From positions 1-40,719 of the forward strand of contig JBBIQV010000029.1 in the NCBI GenBank assembly GCA_037442105.1: DNA of 40,719 bases. Direction: 5' to 3'. This document shows positions 7,549 through 17,960 of the stretch, piece by piece. The notes beneath the pieces were generated by a model. The model searched no databases. It saw only the letters and a program-made list of their open reading frames with translations, and was not told the origin of the DNA. This DNA is from Nitrospiraceae bacterium. Its GTDB lineage: Bacteria; Nitrospirota; Nitrospiria; Nitrospirales; Nitrospiraceae. How positions within the stretch are numbered: the stretch's first letter is position 1; each line of letters starts with the position of its first letter. The position numbers were made by a program, and so were the translations under genes.

Positions 7549-8589
7549 ATGGTGTGGGACCCGAAAGACCCGTGGAGTAAGAAAGGCGACAGGCTGGACG
7601 ACGCCCTGAAGGAGGCGCAAGGCAAGCTTCGCCAGATAGTCCCGTCGAGCGGGTTGCGAAACCTGCTCCTGGCCGCGGTCCTCGTGTTCCTCGCCTGGCA
7701 GAGCGCCTTCATCGTGGCACCGGATGAAGAGGGCGTCGTCAAGCGGTTCGGAGATGTCGTCCGGACGGTCGGCCCTGGCCCTCATCTCAAGATCCCGCTG
7801 ATCGAAAGCGTCATGCAACCCAAGGTGGCCAAACTGCACCGAATCGAAGTGGGCTTTCGCACCGATCGGCAAGGCCGGCAACAGATGGTTGCTCAAGAAG
7901 CGTTGATGTTGACGGGTGACGAAAATATTCTGGGCATCGAGTTCATCGTCCAATACAAGATCAAGAATGCACGCGAGTACCTGTTCAACGTGGCTGACAT
8001 CCAGGACACGATCGGGAAGGCAGCCGAGGCGTCGATGCGCGAGGTCATCGGAAAAAGCAAGATCGACGAGGCACTGACGACCGGCAAGGCCCAGATCCAA
8101 CAGGATACCCAAGTCTTGTTGCAAGGCATCCTCGATCAATACCAAGCGGGTGTGCAAGTGGCCGCGGTGCAACTGCAAGACGTCGATCCCCCGGAGGCAG
8201 TCGTCGCCGCGTTCAAAGACGTTGCCAGTGCAAAAGAGGATCGGGAGAAGCTGATCAATCAGGCGCAGGGCTACCGGAACGACATCATTCCCAGGGCCAA
8301 GGGCGAGGCCGCCCAACTCGTCAACCAGGCCAAGGGCTATGCCCAGGCCCGCCTGACTCGCGCGCAAGGCGAAGCGAACCGCTTCCTCGCCACGCTCAAG
8401 GAATACAACCAGGCCAAGGACATCATCAGCAAGCGCATTTACATCGAAACGTTGGAAGAGGTGCTGCCGCACGTCGAAAAAATCGTCATCGACGGCAAGG
8501 GCGGCGAGCGCATGGTCCCCTATTTGCCGCTGGACCGTCTCTCGAAATCCGGCGGGGCCGCGTCATCTTCCGAAGAGAAAAAGCCGTGA
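7549..8589 (+). CDS. hflK: FtsH protease modulator HflK
   Basis: N-terminal WDPKDPW, SPFH domain, MLTGDENI, LQDVDPPEAVVAAFKDV. Confidence 0.95.
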   Translation: MVWDPKDPWSKKGDRLDDALKEAQGKLRQIVPSSGLRNLLLAAVLVFLAWQSAFIVAPDEEGVVKRFGDVVRTVGPGPHLKIPLIESVMQPKVAKLHRIEVGFRTDRQGRQQMVAQEALMLTGDENILGIEFIVQYKIKNAREYLFNVADIQDTIGKAAEASMREVIGKSKIDEALTTGKAQIQQDTQVLLQGILDQYQAGVQVAAVQLQDVDPPEAVVAAFKDVASAKEDREKLINQAQGYRNDIIPRAKGEAAQLVNQAKGYAQARLTRAQGEANRFLATLKEYNQAKDIISKRIYIETLEEVLPHVEKIVIDGKGGERMVPYLPLDRLSKSGGAASSSEEKKP

Positions 8590-9446
8590 CGAAACAACAC
8601 TTCCTCATTGCGCTCATTGCGGTGGTGATCGGGTTGTTCCTGCTCGGCGCCTCGCCGTTCTTTATCGTCGATATCACACAAACCGCGATCGTCGTGCAGC
8701 TCGGCAAACCGGTCAACAACGTCACCGAACCTGGGTTGTACCTGAAAGTGCCCTTCATCCAGGAAGTGACCTATTTCGACAAGCGGTTGTTGGACTACGA
8801 CTCGTCGGCCCAAGATGTGATTACGCAGGATAAGAAAACCCTGCTGCTCGACAACTTCGCCAAGTGGCGGATCACCGATCCCTTGAAGGTCTATCAGGCG
8901 TTCCAGAGCCAGCGTGGAGCGCTGCAACGGCTGCACGACATCATCTATTCGGAGCTGCGGGTGGAACTTGGCCGTCACGACCTTTCCGAAATCGTCTCGA
9001 AAACCAGGGCCGAGATCATGAAGATCGTCACCGAACGAGCGAACGAGAAGGCCTCGGCCTATGGGATCGCGATTCAGGATGTCCGGATCAAGCGCGCGGA
9101 CTTACCAGAGCAGAATGAAAAAGCGGTGTTCGCCCGGATGCAAGCCGAGCGGGAGAGGCAAGCCAAGCAATATCGCGCAGAGGGAGCGGAAGAGGCCCAG
9201 AAGATCCGGTCAGAAGCGGAGAAGGATCGAGAGATTATTCTCGCTGAGGCTTACCGGGAATCTGAGGAGCTGCGAGGATCCGGCGACGCAAAGGCGTTTC
9301 GAATTTATGCGGACGCCTATCGTCAAGACCAACGGTTCTTTGAATTCACCCGCTCCATGGAAGCCTACAAGAAGACCTTCAACGACAAATCCACCGTGGT
9401 AATGAGTCCGGACTCCGAGTTCTTCAGATACCTCAAGCAGCGCTGA
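8586..9446 (+). CDS. hflC: FtsH protease modulator HflC
   Basis: DVRIKRADLP, RMQAERER, FFEFTRSMEAY. 4-nt overlap with hflK. Confidence 0.95.
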   Translation: MTKQHFLIALIAVVIGLFLLGASPFFIVDITQTAIVVQLGKPVNNVTEPGLYLKVPFIQEVTYFDKRLLDYDSSAQDVITQDKKTLLLDNFAKWRITDPLKVYQAFQSQRGALQRLHDIIYSELRVELGRHDLSEIVSKTRAEIMKIVTERANEKASAYGIAIQDVRIKRADLPEQNEKAVFARMQAERERQAKQYRAEGAEEAQKIRSEAEKDREIILAEAYRESEELRGSGDAKAFRIYADAYRQDQRFFEFTRSMEAYKKTFNDKSTVVMSPDSEFFRYLKQR

Positions 9447-9466
9447 ACATGCCGCACCTGTCAGAC

Positions 9467-11155
9467 TCACCCGAGCCCCACAATTTCACCAGTCTCAGCA
9501 TCCACATCGATGCGTTCGCTTGCCGGCCGCTTCGGCAACCCCGGCATGAGTTGGATTCCCGAGCAGACCGCCGTTAAGAATCCCGCCCCTGCAAACATCC
9601 GCAGCTCTTGAATCGGAAGAGTAAAACCGGTTGGGCGCCCCTTAAGCGAAGGATCGTGCGACAGAGACAGGGGCGTTTTGGCCATGCAGATGGGAAAGCG
9701 GTCGAACCCCATACGGGACGCGAGAGCAATCTGCTCCTGTGCTTTGTCCTCATACGACACACCCGCTGCCTTATACATGAGTTGCGCCACGCGTTCGATC
9801 TTCTGCTTGATCGGCAAGGCATCCTCATAGAGAAGCACAGGGTTGGACGGGCGATCACAGGCTGCGATGACTGCCTGCGCCAATTCTTCTGCCCCTCGCC
9901 CTCCATCAGTCCAATGAGTCGACACGGCTGCTTCTGCCGCCCCGGTTTCCTTGGCCCATTGGCACACGAAGTCCAACTCTTCCTTGGAGTCATCGGTGAA
10001 CACGTTTAGGGCAACCACAGCGGGAACCCCATAGGCCCGCACATTGGCAATGTGTTGAGCCAGGTTGTCCAAGCCTCGTGTCAACGCCTCACGATTGGGT
10101 CTTATCAGTCCGGCAGGTACCGGCGCACCTACCTTCACTACCCCGCCGCCACCGTGAAGTTTCAAAGCCCGGAGCGTCGCAACCACCACAGCGGCTTGAG
10201 GGCGGAAACCAGACGCGCGGCATTTGATGTTAAAAAACTTCTCCGCGCCCAACTCGCTCCCGAATCCCGCCTCTGTCACAACATACTCGGCACAACGAAG
10301 CGCAATGGCATCTGCCATCACTGAGCAGTTACCGTGGGCGATGTTTCCGAAAGAACCCGTATGGACAATCGCCGGAGTCCCTTCAAGAGTCTGAACCAGA
10401 TTCGGAAGAAAGGCATCTTTCAGCAATGCTGCCATGGCGCCCGCGCATCTCAAATCGTCGGCCGTCACCGGCTGTCCCTGTTCGGTGAAACCGACTACGA
10501 TTCGACCCAGCCGTCTTCTCAGATCAGCCTGGCCCAAGGCGAGGGCCAAGATGGCCATCACTTCAGACGCCTCCGTGATTACGAATTGCGTCCAGCGGGC
10601 TACTGTTGTCTCTCCTTCACCAATCAATACCCGTCGCAAGGCCCGGTCGCTCACGCTCATCACGCGCGGCCAGGTGATTCGACTCGGATCAAGGCCTAAC
10701 TCGTTCCCATGATAGAGGTGATTATCCACGCTGGCGGCCAGTAAATTGTGGCTGGCAGTTACAGCATGAGCGTCGCCAGTCAGGTGAAGGTTAATATCCT
10801 CCATCGGAATCAACTGTGCTCGTCCCCCTCCTGTTCCCCCTCCCTTGATCCCAAATACTGGACCGAGTGACGGCTGCCGTAGCGTGACCGCCGCGCGATG
10901 GCCGAGTCGACATAGCCCCATGGCCAGACCGATTGCCGTCGTCGTCTTCCCCTCTCCAAGAGGAGTCGGATTGATTGCGGTCACGAGGACATAGCGACCT
11001 CGTGGGTGGGACCCAAGCCGTGTCATAGCCTCAACGGGAATCTTGGCTTTCGCCAGCCCATAAGGAATGATTTCGTCACGGTCCAACCCCAAATAGTCGG
11101 CAACTTCCTGGATAGGACGAGGAGTAACGAAGCGGGCGAATTGTGGGTCTGTCAC
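9467..11155 (-). CDS. fhs: Formate--tetrahydrofolate ligase
   Basis: VTAINPTPLGEGKTTT, GIKGGGTGGG, INLHLTGDAHA, VTEAGFG, CMAKTPLSLSHDP. Start uncertain: GTG 11155 preferred, ORF open to 11236. Confidence 0.95.
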   Translation of the reverse strand: MTDPQFARFVTPRPIQEVADYLGLDRDEIIPYGLAKAKIPVEAMTRLGSHPRGRYVLVTAINPTPLGEGKTTTAIGLAMGLCRLGHRAAVTLRQPSLGPVFGIKGGGTGGGRAQLIPMEDINLHLTGDAHAVTASHNLLAASVDNHLYHGNELGLDPSRITWPRVMSVSDRALRRVLIGEGETTVARWTQFVITEASEVMAILALALGQADLRRRLGRIVVGFTEQGQPVTADDLRCAGAMAALLKDAFLPNLVQTLEGTPAIVHTGSFGNIAHGNCSVMADAIALRCAEYVVTEAGFGSELGAEKFFNIKCRASGFRPQAAVVVATLRALKLHGGGGVVKVGAPVPAGLIRPNREALTRGLDNLAQHIANVRAYGVPAVVALNVFTDDSKEELDFVCQWAKETGAAEAAVSTHWTDGGRGAEELAQAVIAACDRPSNPVLLYEDALPIKQKIERVAQLMYKAAGVSYEDKAQEQIALASRMGFDRFPICMAKTPLSLSHDPSLKGRPTGFTLPIQELRMFAGAGFLTAVCSGIQLMPGLPKRPASERIDVDAETGEIVGLG

Positions 11156-11370
11156 AGGAGACTTGGCGGTAGATGAGTTCGACGCAACGTAGCGCAGTAT
11201 ATCACAGTCGGTGCTGACCGCCCTGGGTCTCGGCATAGACTGGATCTTTTGGTGATGCTCTTCGAAAAAAGGAGAGGGTGGCTTTCGACAGGATCGGCGG
11301 AGACGAGTAAGGAGAGCATGCTCAAGGACTGAGGCACGCCATACTGTCGAAAATAACTACTTAGTAGAAA

Positions 11371-12393
11371 TTATTCGAGAATGTATCGGCTTGGGTCAAT
11401 ACTTTGACCATTGACCTTTACCATGTAATGCAGGTGTGGACCCGTCGCTAGCCCACTGCTCCCGACTAACCCTACAACATCCCCGCGCTTTACTCTTTGA
11501 CCTTCTTTCACCAGTGACTTGGCCAGATGTCCGTAGAGAGTCTCGATTCCATACCCGTGATCGATCCGCACCATGTTCCCTAGTTTTGGATCGAATCCGA
11601 TCGACGTGATACGCCCTTGCGCAGGAGCTTGCACCGGTGCATTAGGGGCAGCCCCGATATCAAGTCCATCATGCCAAGCAGGCTTTTCCGTGAACGGAGA
11701 GATCCGGGGGCCGAACCCAGATGTGACCCACCCCTTGACCGGCCATATAGAAGGAGTGGCAGCCCAGCGGGACGAACGTTGCTGCGCGGCTTCCGTCAAC
11801 TCCTGAAGAATCTTTTCCTGAATCGATGCTTCCTTTGAGAGTTGATCAAGATCTTCTTTGACCTTAGCTACTTGTTTCTCGTCAATACTAGGAGCTGAAT
11901 CTGATCCTCTTGCCCCGGACACCCTAGACTGTGCGATATCAGTGTCGTCAGTCCCACTACTTGACATGGAGTTCGATCGCATTTTTTCTACCGAAACTCC
12001 TTTCTCATCCGGTAAGGGGCCCTCCTCACCACCTCGCCCATTCAGGAGGTCTCCGGGCTTCACTGACTCAATCCCCAACATCACTCGTAAACGCTGATTG
12101 ACTTCCCTCATCGAGGATAGTCGCTTCTTCAGGTCGTCAATGGCTGAAGAAAAAGCGGCTGTCTGCTCGCGTGCGCTCATTGCTTCAGCTCGAAATGCAG
12201 AAAGTTCCCAGACTTCACCGGTTCTTATCACATAATGGGAGATTAAGAGCAGGTCGGCAAAAACAAAGCAGCCAAGCAATATCAACAACTTACGGACAAA
12301 CTTTTGGGGAAAACTAAATCGAAGTGGTTTCGCCGCCGACCCGCGAAAGATGACAACCGTATAGGCGTCATTATTCTCTGTTCCGTGTGCCAT
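11371..12393 (-). CDS. M23 family metallopeptidase (peptidoglycan endopeptidase)
   Basis: TM plus coiled coil, then PSIWPVKGWVTSGFG, HDGLD (HxxxD), YGHL and TGPHLHY (HxH). Confidence 0.92.
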   Translation of the reverse strand: MAHGTENNDAYTVVIFRGSAAKPLRFSFPQKFVRKLLILLGCFVFADLLLISHYVIRTGEVWELSAFRAEAMSAREQTAAFSSAIDDLKKRLSSMREVNQRLRVMLGIESVKPGDLLNGRGGEEGPLPDEKGVSVEKMRSNSMSSSGTDDTDIAQSRVSGARGSDSAPSIDEKQVAKVKEDLDQLSKEASIQEKILQELTEAAQQRSSRWAATPSIWPVKGWVTSGFGPRISPFTEKPAWHDGLDIGAAPNAPVQAPAQGRITSIGFDPKLGNMVRIDHGYGIETLYGHLAKSLVKEGQRVKRGDVVGLVGSSGLATGPHLHYMVKVNGQSIDPSRYILE

Positions 12394-12520
12394 GATTTTC
12401 ACTCCCTCTTCAAAAGGGAGACCGAGACGCTAGATTAGCACAAAGTTTACCGATCTGGCTAACGCCCGTCAATCCCCTCTTCCTTGGTAACGAAATCATT
12501 GCACTGACAAAGTCCACTCA

Positions 12521-12910
12521 TTATTTTGAGGTCTGGTTTTTGATCCACCGTCGGTATGCATTTGAACCACAATCGATAGAGAATCCAATAACTTCTGGAA
12601 CAGAGTATGAATGATTCTCCTTTATTTTGTCTTCAAGGCGCTTGTAACACGAGGTGGTGGTCTTAAATATGATCAATGTCTCCGTGCAATCTTCAAGTTC
12701 TCCCTTCCATCGAAAGATTGATCGAACGGTTGGAACTATGTTGGCGCACGCTGCTAGCCTGGCATCAACGACAGTCTTTGCAATCTTGGTAGCCTCATCA
12801 ATGGTCGCTGAACTGACTAATACGACAAGGTCAGCAGCGGCCTTTTTCCTATTTTTTGTAACCAATCTGGTTCTACCTTTCTCGCTACAGCTTAATAAAG
12901 GATAGATCAA
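12521..12910 (-). CDS. cutA: Divalent-cation tolerance protein CutA
   Basis: LAACANIVP, SIFRWKG, HSYSVPEVI. True start is probably somewhat downstream of 12910. Confidence 0.9.
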   Translation of the reverse strand: MIYPLLSCSEKGRTRLVTKNRKKAAADLVVLVSSATIDEATKIAKTVVDARLAACANIVPTVRSIFRWKGELEDCTETLIIFKTTTSCYKRLEDKIKENHSYSVPEVIGFSIDCGSNAYRRWIKNQTSK

Positions 12911-12990
12911 CGTTTATGTGCCGGATCAATAATAAATACAGCAACATCTGTGCCCAGTTTATATCGCAAATGAAATAAATAACATCAATA

Positions 12991-13003
12991 AATCAACAAC
13001 TTA
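12991..13003 (+). promoter_or_regulatory. IHF-consensus site in an AT-rich spacer
   Basis: AATCAACAACTTA is an exact match to WATCAANNNNTTR, with an A-rich tract on its 5' side. Confidence 0.45.
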
Positions 13004-13277
13004 ATATTATACGGCACCTTTGGTATCAACAAAGCTCGTGAATCGATGTATGAAAAAAGAAACATAAAGACATAAAATTGACAAAAATGTCCATTTCTTG
13101 TCACCGAGATGTATTCTAGGAAGGCAAAAGAGAAAGAGAAGGAACCCAGACAGCACACTGACTTTAGTATCAGGCAGAAGCCCACAGTATTCGGCCAACT
13201 TGACTACGACTTGACGTGTCCGGTTGACACCGTTGGAACCGCTCTAATAAGATGCTCCCCCAGCTAGAGGTGAGCAT

Positions 13278-13598
13278 ATGGGATTCGCTATTTCCCCCAA
13301 AGAACTCAAGTTGCGCCTAGATAAAGGAGAGAGATTGGTCTTGATCGACGTCAGGGAACAGTGGGAGTACAACCTGGCGAAGATTGAAGGCTCAGTCCTC
13401 ATTCCACTTGCCACACTTCCCCGTTCGTTAGAAAAGCTTGATCCCAAGGCCGAGATTATTGCGTATTGCCACCATGGGATGCGGAGCGCAGATGCCACAA
13501 GTTTCCTTCTTCAGCAAGGATTTCCCAATGTAAAGAACTTGATCGGGGGCATTGATGCCTGGTCCGTCCAGATCGATGCTTCTATCCCTCGCTACTAA
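13278..13598 (+). CDS. Rhodanese-like sulfurtransferase domain protein
   Basis: LIDVREQWEY, YCHHGMRS active-site loop, NLIGGIDAWS. Confidence 0.92.
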   Translation: MGFAISPKELKLRLDKGERLVLIDVREQWEYNLAKIEGSVLIPLATLPRSLEKLDPKAEIIAYCHHGMRSADATSFLLQQGFPNVKNLIGGIDAWSVQIDASIPRY

Positions 13599-13616
13599 AC
13601 GACACTCGCGATACCG

Positions 13617-14540
13617 CTAGCCCATCCTTTCAAGAAAGAAGGCAACAGTCCTGCGGAGACCTTCGTGTAGGTCCACCTTTGCTTCCCACCCAAGTTCCTG
13701 ACGGAGTTTTGTGGAGTCGATGGCGCTGCGCGCCTGCTCACCTTTCTTGGCTGGCCCGTGCACTTCTTTACAAGTCGATTTTGTTAGTTCGACCAGATTC
13801 CGGAATAGATCATTGATAGAAGTTTCCTGCCCCGTTCCAACATTGTAGACCCCTTGTACTTCCTGACCTGTAGCTGCCAAATTCGCCTCAACCACATCTT
13901 CCACGAAGATGAAATCACGGGTCTGTCGCCCGTTCCCATTAATGATCGGCTGCTCATGACTCAGTAGCTTCTGAATAAAAATCGCCACGACACCCGCCTC
14001 TCCCTCTGGATCCTGACGGGGGCCATACACGTTGGCATAGCGAAGACTAACGTACTGTACTCCGCTCACCCGTTGGTAATAGGACAGGTACTGTTCACCG
14101 CACAGCTTACTGATCCCATATGGGGAGAGCGGCTGCGTCACGTGGGATTCCGGCGCCGGAAAGGCCTGTTGCTCTCCGTAGATAGCTCCACCAGACGAGG
14201 AGAAAATCACCTTCCTCACCCCATGTTTCACCGCCTGCTCAAGCACATTCAGGGTTCCCAAAATATTCACCTGTGCATCGAAGACAGGATCTTCCACTGA
14301 ACGTCGCACATCCATCTGTGCCGCCAAGTGCATCACGAGCGAGGGCCGTTCGTTCCGAAACACCCGTTCAAGGCGCCAACTCTGAATATCGAGCTTATAA
14401 AGGCGCGCCGCTCGATTCAGATTTCTACGCTTACCTGTTGAGAGGTTGTCGACCACCACAACCTCATGTCCCTCCTGTACCAACCGATCCACTAGGTGCG
14501 ACCCAATGAAACCGGCTCCTCCTGTTACCAAAACTTTCAT
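13617..14540 (-). CDS. NAD-dependent epimerase/dehydratase (UDP-glucose 4-epimerase-like)
   Basis: VTGGAGFIGSH, YGISK (YxxxK), LRYANVYGPRQ. Confidence 0.92.
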   Translation of the reverse strand: MKVLVTGGAGFIGSHLVDRLVQEGHEVVVVDNLSTGKRRNLNRAARLYKLDIQSWRLERVFRNERPSLVMHLAAQMDVRRSVEDPVFDAQVNILGTLNVLEQAVKHGVRKVIFSSSGGAIYGEQQAFPAPESHVTQPLSPYGISKLCGEQYLSYYQRVSGVQYVSLRYANVYGPRQDPEGEAGVVAIFIQKLLSHEQPIINGNGRQTRDFIFVEDVVEANLAATGQEVQGVYNVGTGQETSINDLFRNLVELTKSTCKEVHGPAKKGEQARSAIDSTKLRQELGWEAKVDLHEGLRRTVAFFLERMG

Positions 14541-14629
14541 GCGTTCCCCCGCTTCAGATCGTGAATGACTTTTGTACGACTCAGGTTTAGACCCAGCCGT
14601 TCTTCATATCGCCGGCTCATCCCAGCTCC

Positions 14630-15406
14630 CTACGACACCTGGCTGCACCGAAGCTGTCTCTTCTTGAACGCAACCAGGATTTCACGGTTCCCTTTACGCC
14701 CCTCGATAGGCGAGTCCATGACGCCAATTGGTTCGAGACCGAGCGCCGCACTGCGCTGGATGATTGCATCTGTCACGGCTTGTCTTTGCGCGTCATCGCG
14801 CACCACCCCGCCTTTTCCGACCCTCCCCCGCCCCACCTCGAATTGTGGCTTAACCAGAGCAATGACTGTGGCCGAAGCGCCCAAGAATTTCACCACGCAA
14901 GGAAGCACAATTCTGAGAGAGATAAAGGAAACATCGATTACCGCAAGATCGATTGGGTCAGGAATGGAAGACTGGGCCAGATAGCGAATGTTGGTTCGCT
15001 CAAACAAGACCACGCGCGCGTCATGGCGAAGCCGCCAGTCGAACTGGCCATACCCGACGTCAACCGCGTAGATCCGTTTTGCACCACGCTGCAAAAGGCA
15101 ATCCGTGAAGCCGCCGGTTGAGCAACCGACATCCAATGCAATGAGCCCATCGGGATGAATCTGAAAAGCATCGAGTGCAGCCGCCAGCTTCTCCCCACCA
15201 CGGCTAACGTAAGAAGGCCCTCGTGCGAGAACCTCAATGCGGGCATCGGGCTGAACGAGCCTAGCCGGCTTATCAACCAGCGCACCATCCACGGTAACGT
15301 TACCAGCCAAGATCATGCGACCAGCCGCTTCACGACTCATCGCCAACCCGCGAGTCGCGAGCAGACGATCGAGCCGTTCCTTGGGTGCGCGAGCCCTTGA
15401 GGCCAT
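14630..15406 (-). CDS. tlyA: TlyA family rRNA 2'-O-methyltransferase
   Basis: S4 domain, YVSRGGEKL, LDVGCSTGGFTDC, DVSFISL, LVKPQFE. Confidence 0.95.
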   Translation of the reverse strand: MASRARAPKERLDRLLATRGLAMSREAAGRMILAGNVTVDGALVDKPARLVQPDARIEVLARGPSYVSRGGEKLAAALDAFQIHPDGLIALDVGCSTGGFTDCLLQRGAKRIYAVDVGYGQFDWRLRHDARVVLFERTNIRYLAQSSIPDPIDLAVIDVSFISLRIVLPCVVKFLGASATVIALVKPQFEVGRGRVGKGGVVRDDAQRQAVTDAIIQRSAALGLEPIGVMDSPIEGRKGNREILVAFKKRQLRCSQVS

Positions 15407-15462
15407 TGAGCAAAAGAAATGGGACCGCGGAGGAAAGTAGAAACTCCGAAGCTGGTGAGAGG

Positions 15463-15720
15463 CTACGTACCGGGATCTGGTTCATCACCCTCGCTATCGC
15501 CCAGCGAGAACGCTTGAATCTGTTTCTTGCCATCCTTGTCCTGTACAAGAATTTCCACTTTCCGCTCAGCCTGCTCCAGCATTTTAAGGCAGGATTTAGA
15601 AAGCCGGATCCCTTCTTCGAAGATCTTCAGCGATTCATCGAGAGGCAGATCCCCCTTCTCCAATTCGGCGACGATCGCTTCTAACCGAGCCATTGCCCAT
15701 TCGAACTTCACAGGTGCCAC
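15463..15720 (-). CDS. xseB: Exodeoxyribonuclease VII small subunit
   Basis: FEWAMARLEAIVAELEKGDLPLDESLKIFEEG. Confidence 0.95.
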   Translation of the reverse strand: MAPVKFEWAMARLEAIVAELEKGDLPLDESLKIFEEGIRLSKSCLKMLEQAERKVEILVQDKDGKKQIQAFSLGDSEGDEPDPGT

Positions 15721-15777
15721 GGGTTCCTCAAGACATAACGATGAAATCGCGTCATTATACTCGCCACTGTAAACAGG

Positions 15778-17178
15778 TCAAGAAAAGGGACCGGAACGAA
15801 TCTGTTTGACGACGCAGTCCAGTTGGCCAACGGCCAGTCGCGCTCGGACCAGTTGGCCTACCCGGGCATCGCTGGCTTGTCGCAGGACCTTGCCATCCGG
15901 AACAGTGAGAATAATGCTGTACCCCCGGCCTAAAACGGCAAGGGGGCTTAGGCTATCGAGCGATGCGACTTTTGCCGCCAGGCGCTGGCGTTTTTCCGCA
16001 AGACCAGCACATATCTGCTGTTCGAGGCGTCGTAGAAGTTGTGGAGCCACTGCCGCCGCCCGCCTCACGACCAGCAGCGGGCTACGCGAGAGCAGTCCAT
16101 AGCGCACGACGAGGAGGCGGTGACGTAACCGCCCCACTCTATCCCGCAGATGGCGTGTCAGAGCTTCAACCACGTCATCCAGACGTTGTCCCTCATGCTG
16201 AACCCGCCATTGGAATACTGTGAGACGGTCAACCATCCAGTCCAAATGGTTCCGCGAGACAGCCATCTCCTGTCGAACAATGCGGGATGCGCGGTCCCCT
16301 AATTCAACCAGACGATTGGTCAGGTCCGAGAGGACTGGGGCCACCGCTTCTGCTGCAGCCGACGGTGTCGGAGCTCGATAGTCCGCGGCGAAATCCGCCA
16401 AGGTGTAATCGATCTCATGCCCTACCGCCGACACGACGGGCACTTTCGACGCGACAATCGCGCGGACCACCACCTCTTCGTTGAAGCACCAAAGGTCTTC
16501 CGGTGACCCACCTCCTCGCCCAACGATCATCACGTCGACGATCCGTGCTTCGCTGAGGCTTCGAATAGCGTCAGCGATCTGAATCGCTGCGCCCTCCCCT
16601 TGAACTGGCACCGGCGCAATAATCACATGGAGAATGGGACAGCGTCGATGGAGCACTGACAAGATATCTCGAATGGCGGCGCTGGACGGTGACGTAATGA
16701 CTCCCACTCGACTCGGAAAGGGAGGAAGCGGCCGCTTTCGACTCTGATCAAAAAGACCCTCTCGCGCCAGCCTTTCTTTAAGTTGCTCAAACGCGAGCTG
16801 CAAGGCGCCGAACCCTTTCGGCTCGACGTACTCAAGGACCAGTTGATACTCGCCGCGCGGCTCATAGACGGAGAGACGACCTCGAGCCACCACCAGGAGA
16901 CCGTCATCAAGGTGGAACCGGAGACGGCTCGCACCGGATCGGAACAAGACGACCCGGATCTGGCTCGCATCGTCCTTTAGGGTGAAGTAAAGGTGTCCGG
17001 ACGCCGGCGCACGGAGATTCGAGATTTCTCCTTCGATCCAAAGGTCTGAGAATCGACTTTCCAGCGAGTCGCGAACGAGAGCGGTCAGTTGGGAGACAGT
17101 GAGAATCCGTCCGGAAAGCTCACCGTCAGACAGGGGAGAGAAGGAGCTACGAGTCGACACCAGTGGCTTCTTCGTCAA
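15778..17178 (-). CDS. xseA: Exodeoxyribonuclease VII large subunit
   Basis: GEISN, SGHLYFTLKD, RGGGSPEDLWCFN, SAVGHEID, APTPSAAAE. Confidence 0.95.
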   Translation of the reverse strand: MTKKPLVSTRSSFSPLSDGELSGRILTVSQLTALVRDSLESRFSDLWIEGEISNLRAPASGHLYFTLKDDASQIRVVLFRSGASRLRFHLDDGLLVVARGRLSVYEPRGEYQLVLEYVEPKGFGALQLAFEQLKERLAREGLFDQSRKRPLPPFPSRVGVITSPSSAAIRDILSVLHRRCPILHVIIAPVPVQGEGAAIQIADAIRSLSEARIVDVMIVGRGGGSPEDLWCFNEEVVVRAIVASKVPVVSAVGHEIDYTLADFAADYRAPTPSAAAEAVAPVLSDLTNRLVELGDRASRIVRQEMAVSRNHLDWMVDRLTVFQWRVQHEGQRLDDVVEALTRHLRDRVGRLRHRLLVVRYGLLSRSPLLVVRRAAAVAPQLLRRLEQQICAGLAEKRQRLAAKVASLDSLSPLAVLGRGYSIILTVPDGKVLRQASDARVGQLVRARLAVGQLDCVVKQIRSGPFS

Positions 17179-17954
17179 TCAATCACGCGGATCCGTTGAA
17201 CAGAGATGGCCTTTCCCAACGCAGAATCCAGTTCTATGAGCACCGCACAGAACACCGCCGGCCCATTCGCCACTTCAAACCGGCGCGGCATCCCGGTGAG
17301 AAATTTCCCGATCGCCAGTTCCTTCTTGATGCCGATGACGGAATGGAGCGGGCCGGTCATGCCGATATCGGTGATGTAGGCGGTCCCTTTGGGGAGAATC
17401 TGTTCATCCGCCGTCTGGACGTGCGTATGGGTCCCAAGGACAGCCGTGACCTCGCCGTCCAGATAATGGCCCATGGCCATTTTTTCCGACGTGGCCTCCG
17501 CATGCATATCGACCACGATAGCGGGCGTTTCACGCTTCAATTTCGCCACCTCCCGCTTGGCGACCTGGAAGGGACAGTCGAGTGTGGGCATGAATGCCCG
17601 GCCCATCAGATGCAGCACGGCCAGTCGATCTCCGCCTGGCGTTTCGACCACGATACTGCCATGTCCCGGCACCCCATCAGGATAATTCGCAGGACGCAAC
17701 AAACGCCGCTCCCGAGGGAAATAATCAAGGATTTCCTTCTTGTCCCACGCGTGATTGCCGGTAGTGATGACCGAGAGCCCTAACTCAAAGAGTTCCTCTG
17801 CCAAGTCGGGAGTAATGCCAAACCCGCCGGCCACGTTTTCCCCATTGCCAATGACGATGTCGATCCGATGTTGCGCCACTAGCTTGGGCGCCAGACGCGA
17901 GACCGCCCGTCGGCCCGGCTCGCCCACAATGTCGCCGATGAATAAGATCTTCAT
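17175..17954 (-). CDS. ymdB: YmdB-family metallophosphoesterase
   Basis: MKILFIGDIVG, NGEN, TGNH, DMHAEATSEK, GTHTH. Follows rny as usual. Confidence 0.93.
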   Translation of the reverse strand: MKILFIGDIVGEPGRRAVSRLAPKLVAQHRIDIVIGNGENVAGGFGITPDLAEELFELGLSVITTGNHAWDKKEILDYFPRERRLLRPANYPDGVPGHGSIVVETPGGDRLAVLHLMGRAFMPTLDCPFQVAKREVAKLKRETPAIVVDMHAEATSEKMAMGHYLDGEVTAVLGTHTHVQTADEQILPKGTAYITDIGMTGPLHSVIGIKKELAIGKFLTGMPRRFEVANGPAVFCAVLIELDSALGKAISVQRIRVID

Positions 17955-17960
17955 AAAGCA

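Noticed and set aside
11160..11370. Possible ZTP or THF riboswitch upstream of fhs
   Set aside because: Expected from context, but I could not find the conserved ZTP elements (GACUGGCG...CGCCUGGG) or a THF aptamer fold.
12990..13017. dif-like site GTGCCGTATAA-TATTAA-GTTGTTGATTT (minus strand)
   Set aside because: The XerC-like arm fits, but the normally best-conserved XerD arm (TTATGTTAAAT) matches poorly. Better explained as an IHF-type site.
12900..13260. Possible oriC
   Set aside because: No TTWTNCACA DnaA boxes found, no dnaA/parAB genes nearby and no clear switch in gene orientation. GC skew could not be computed.
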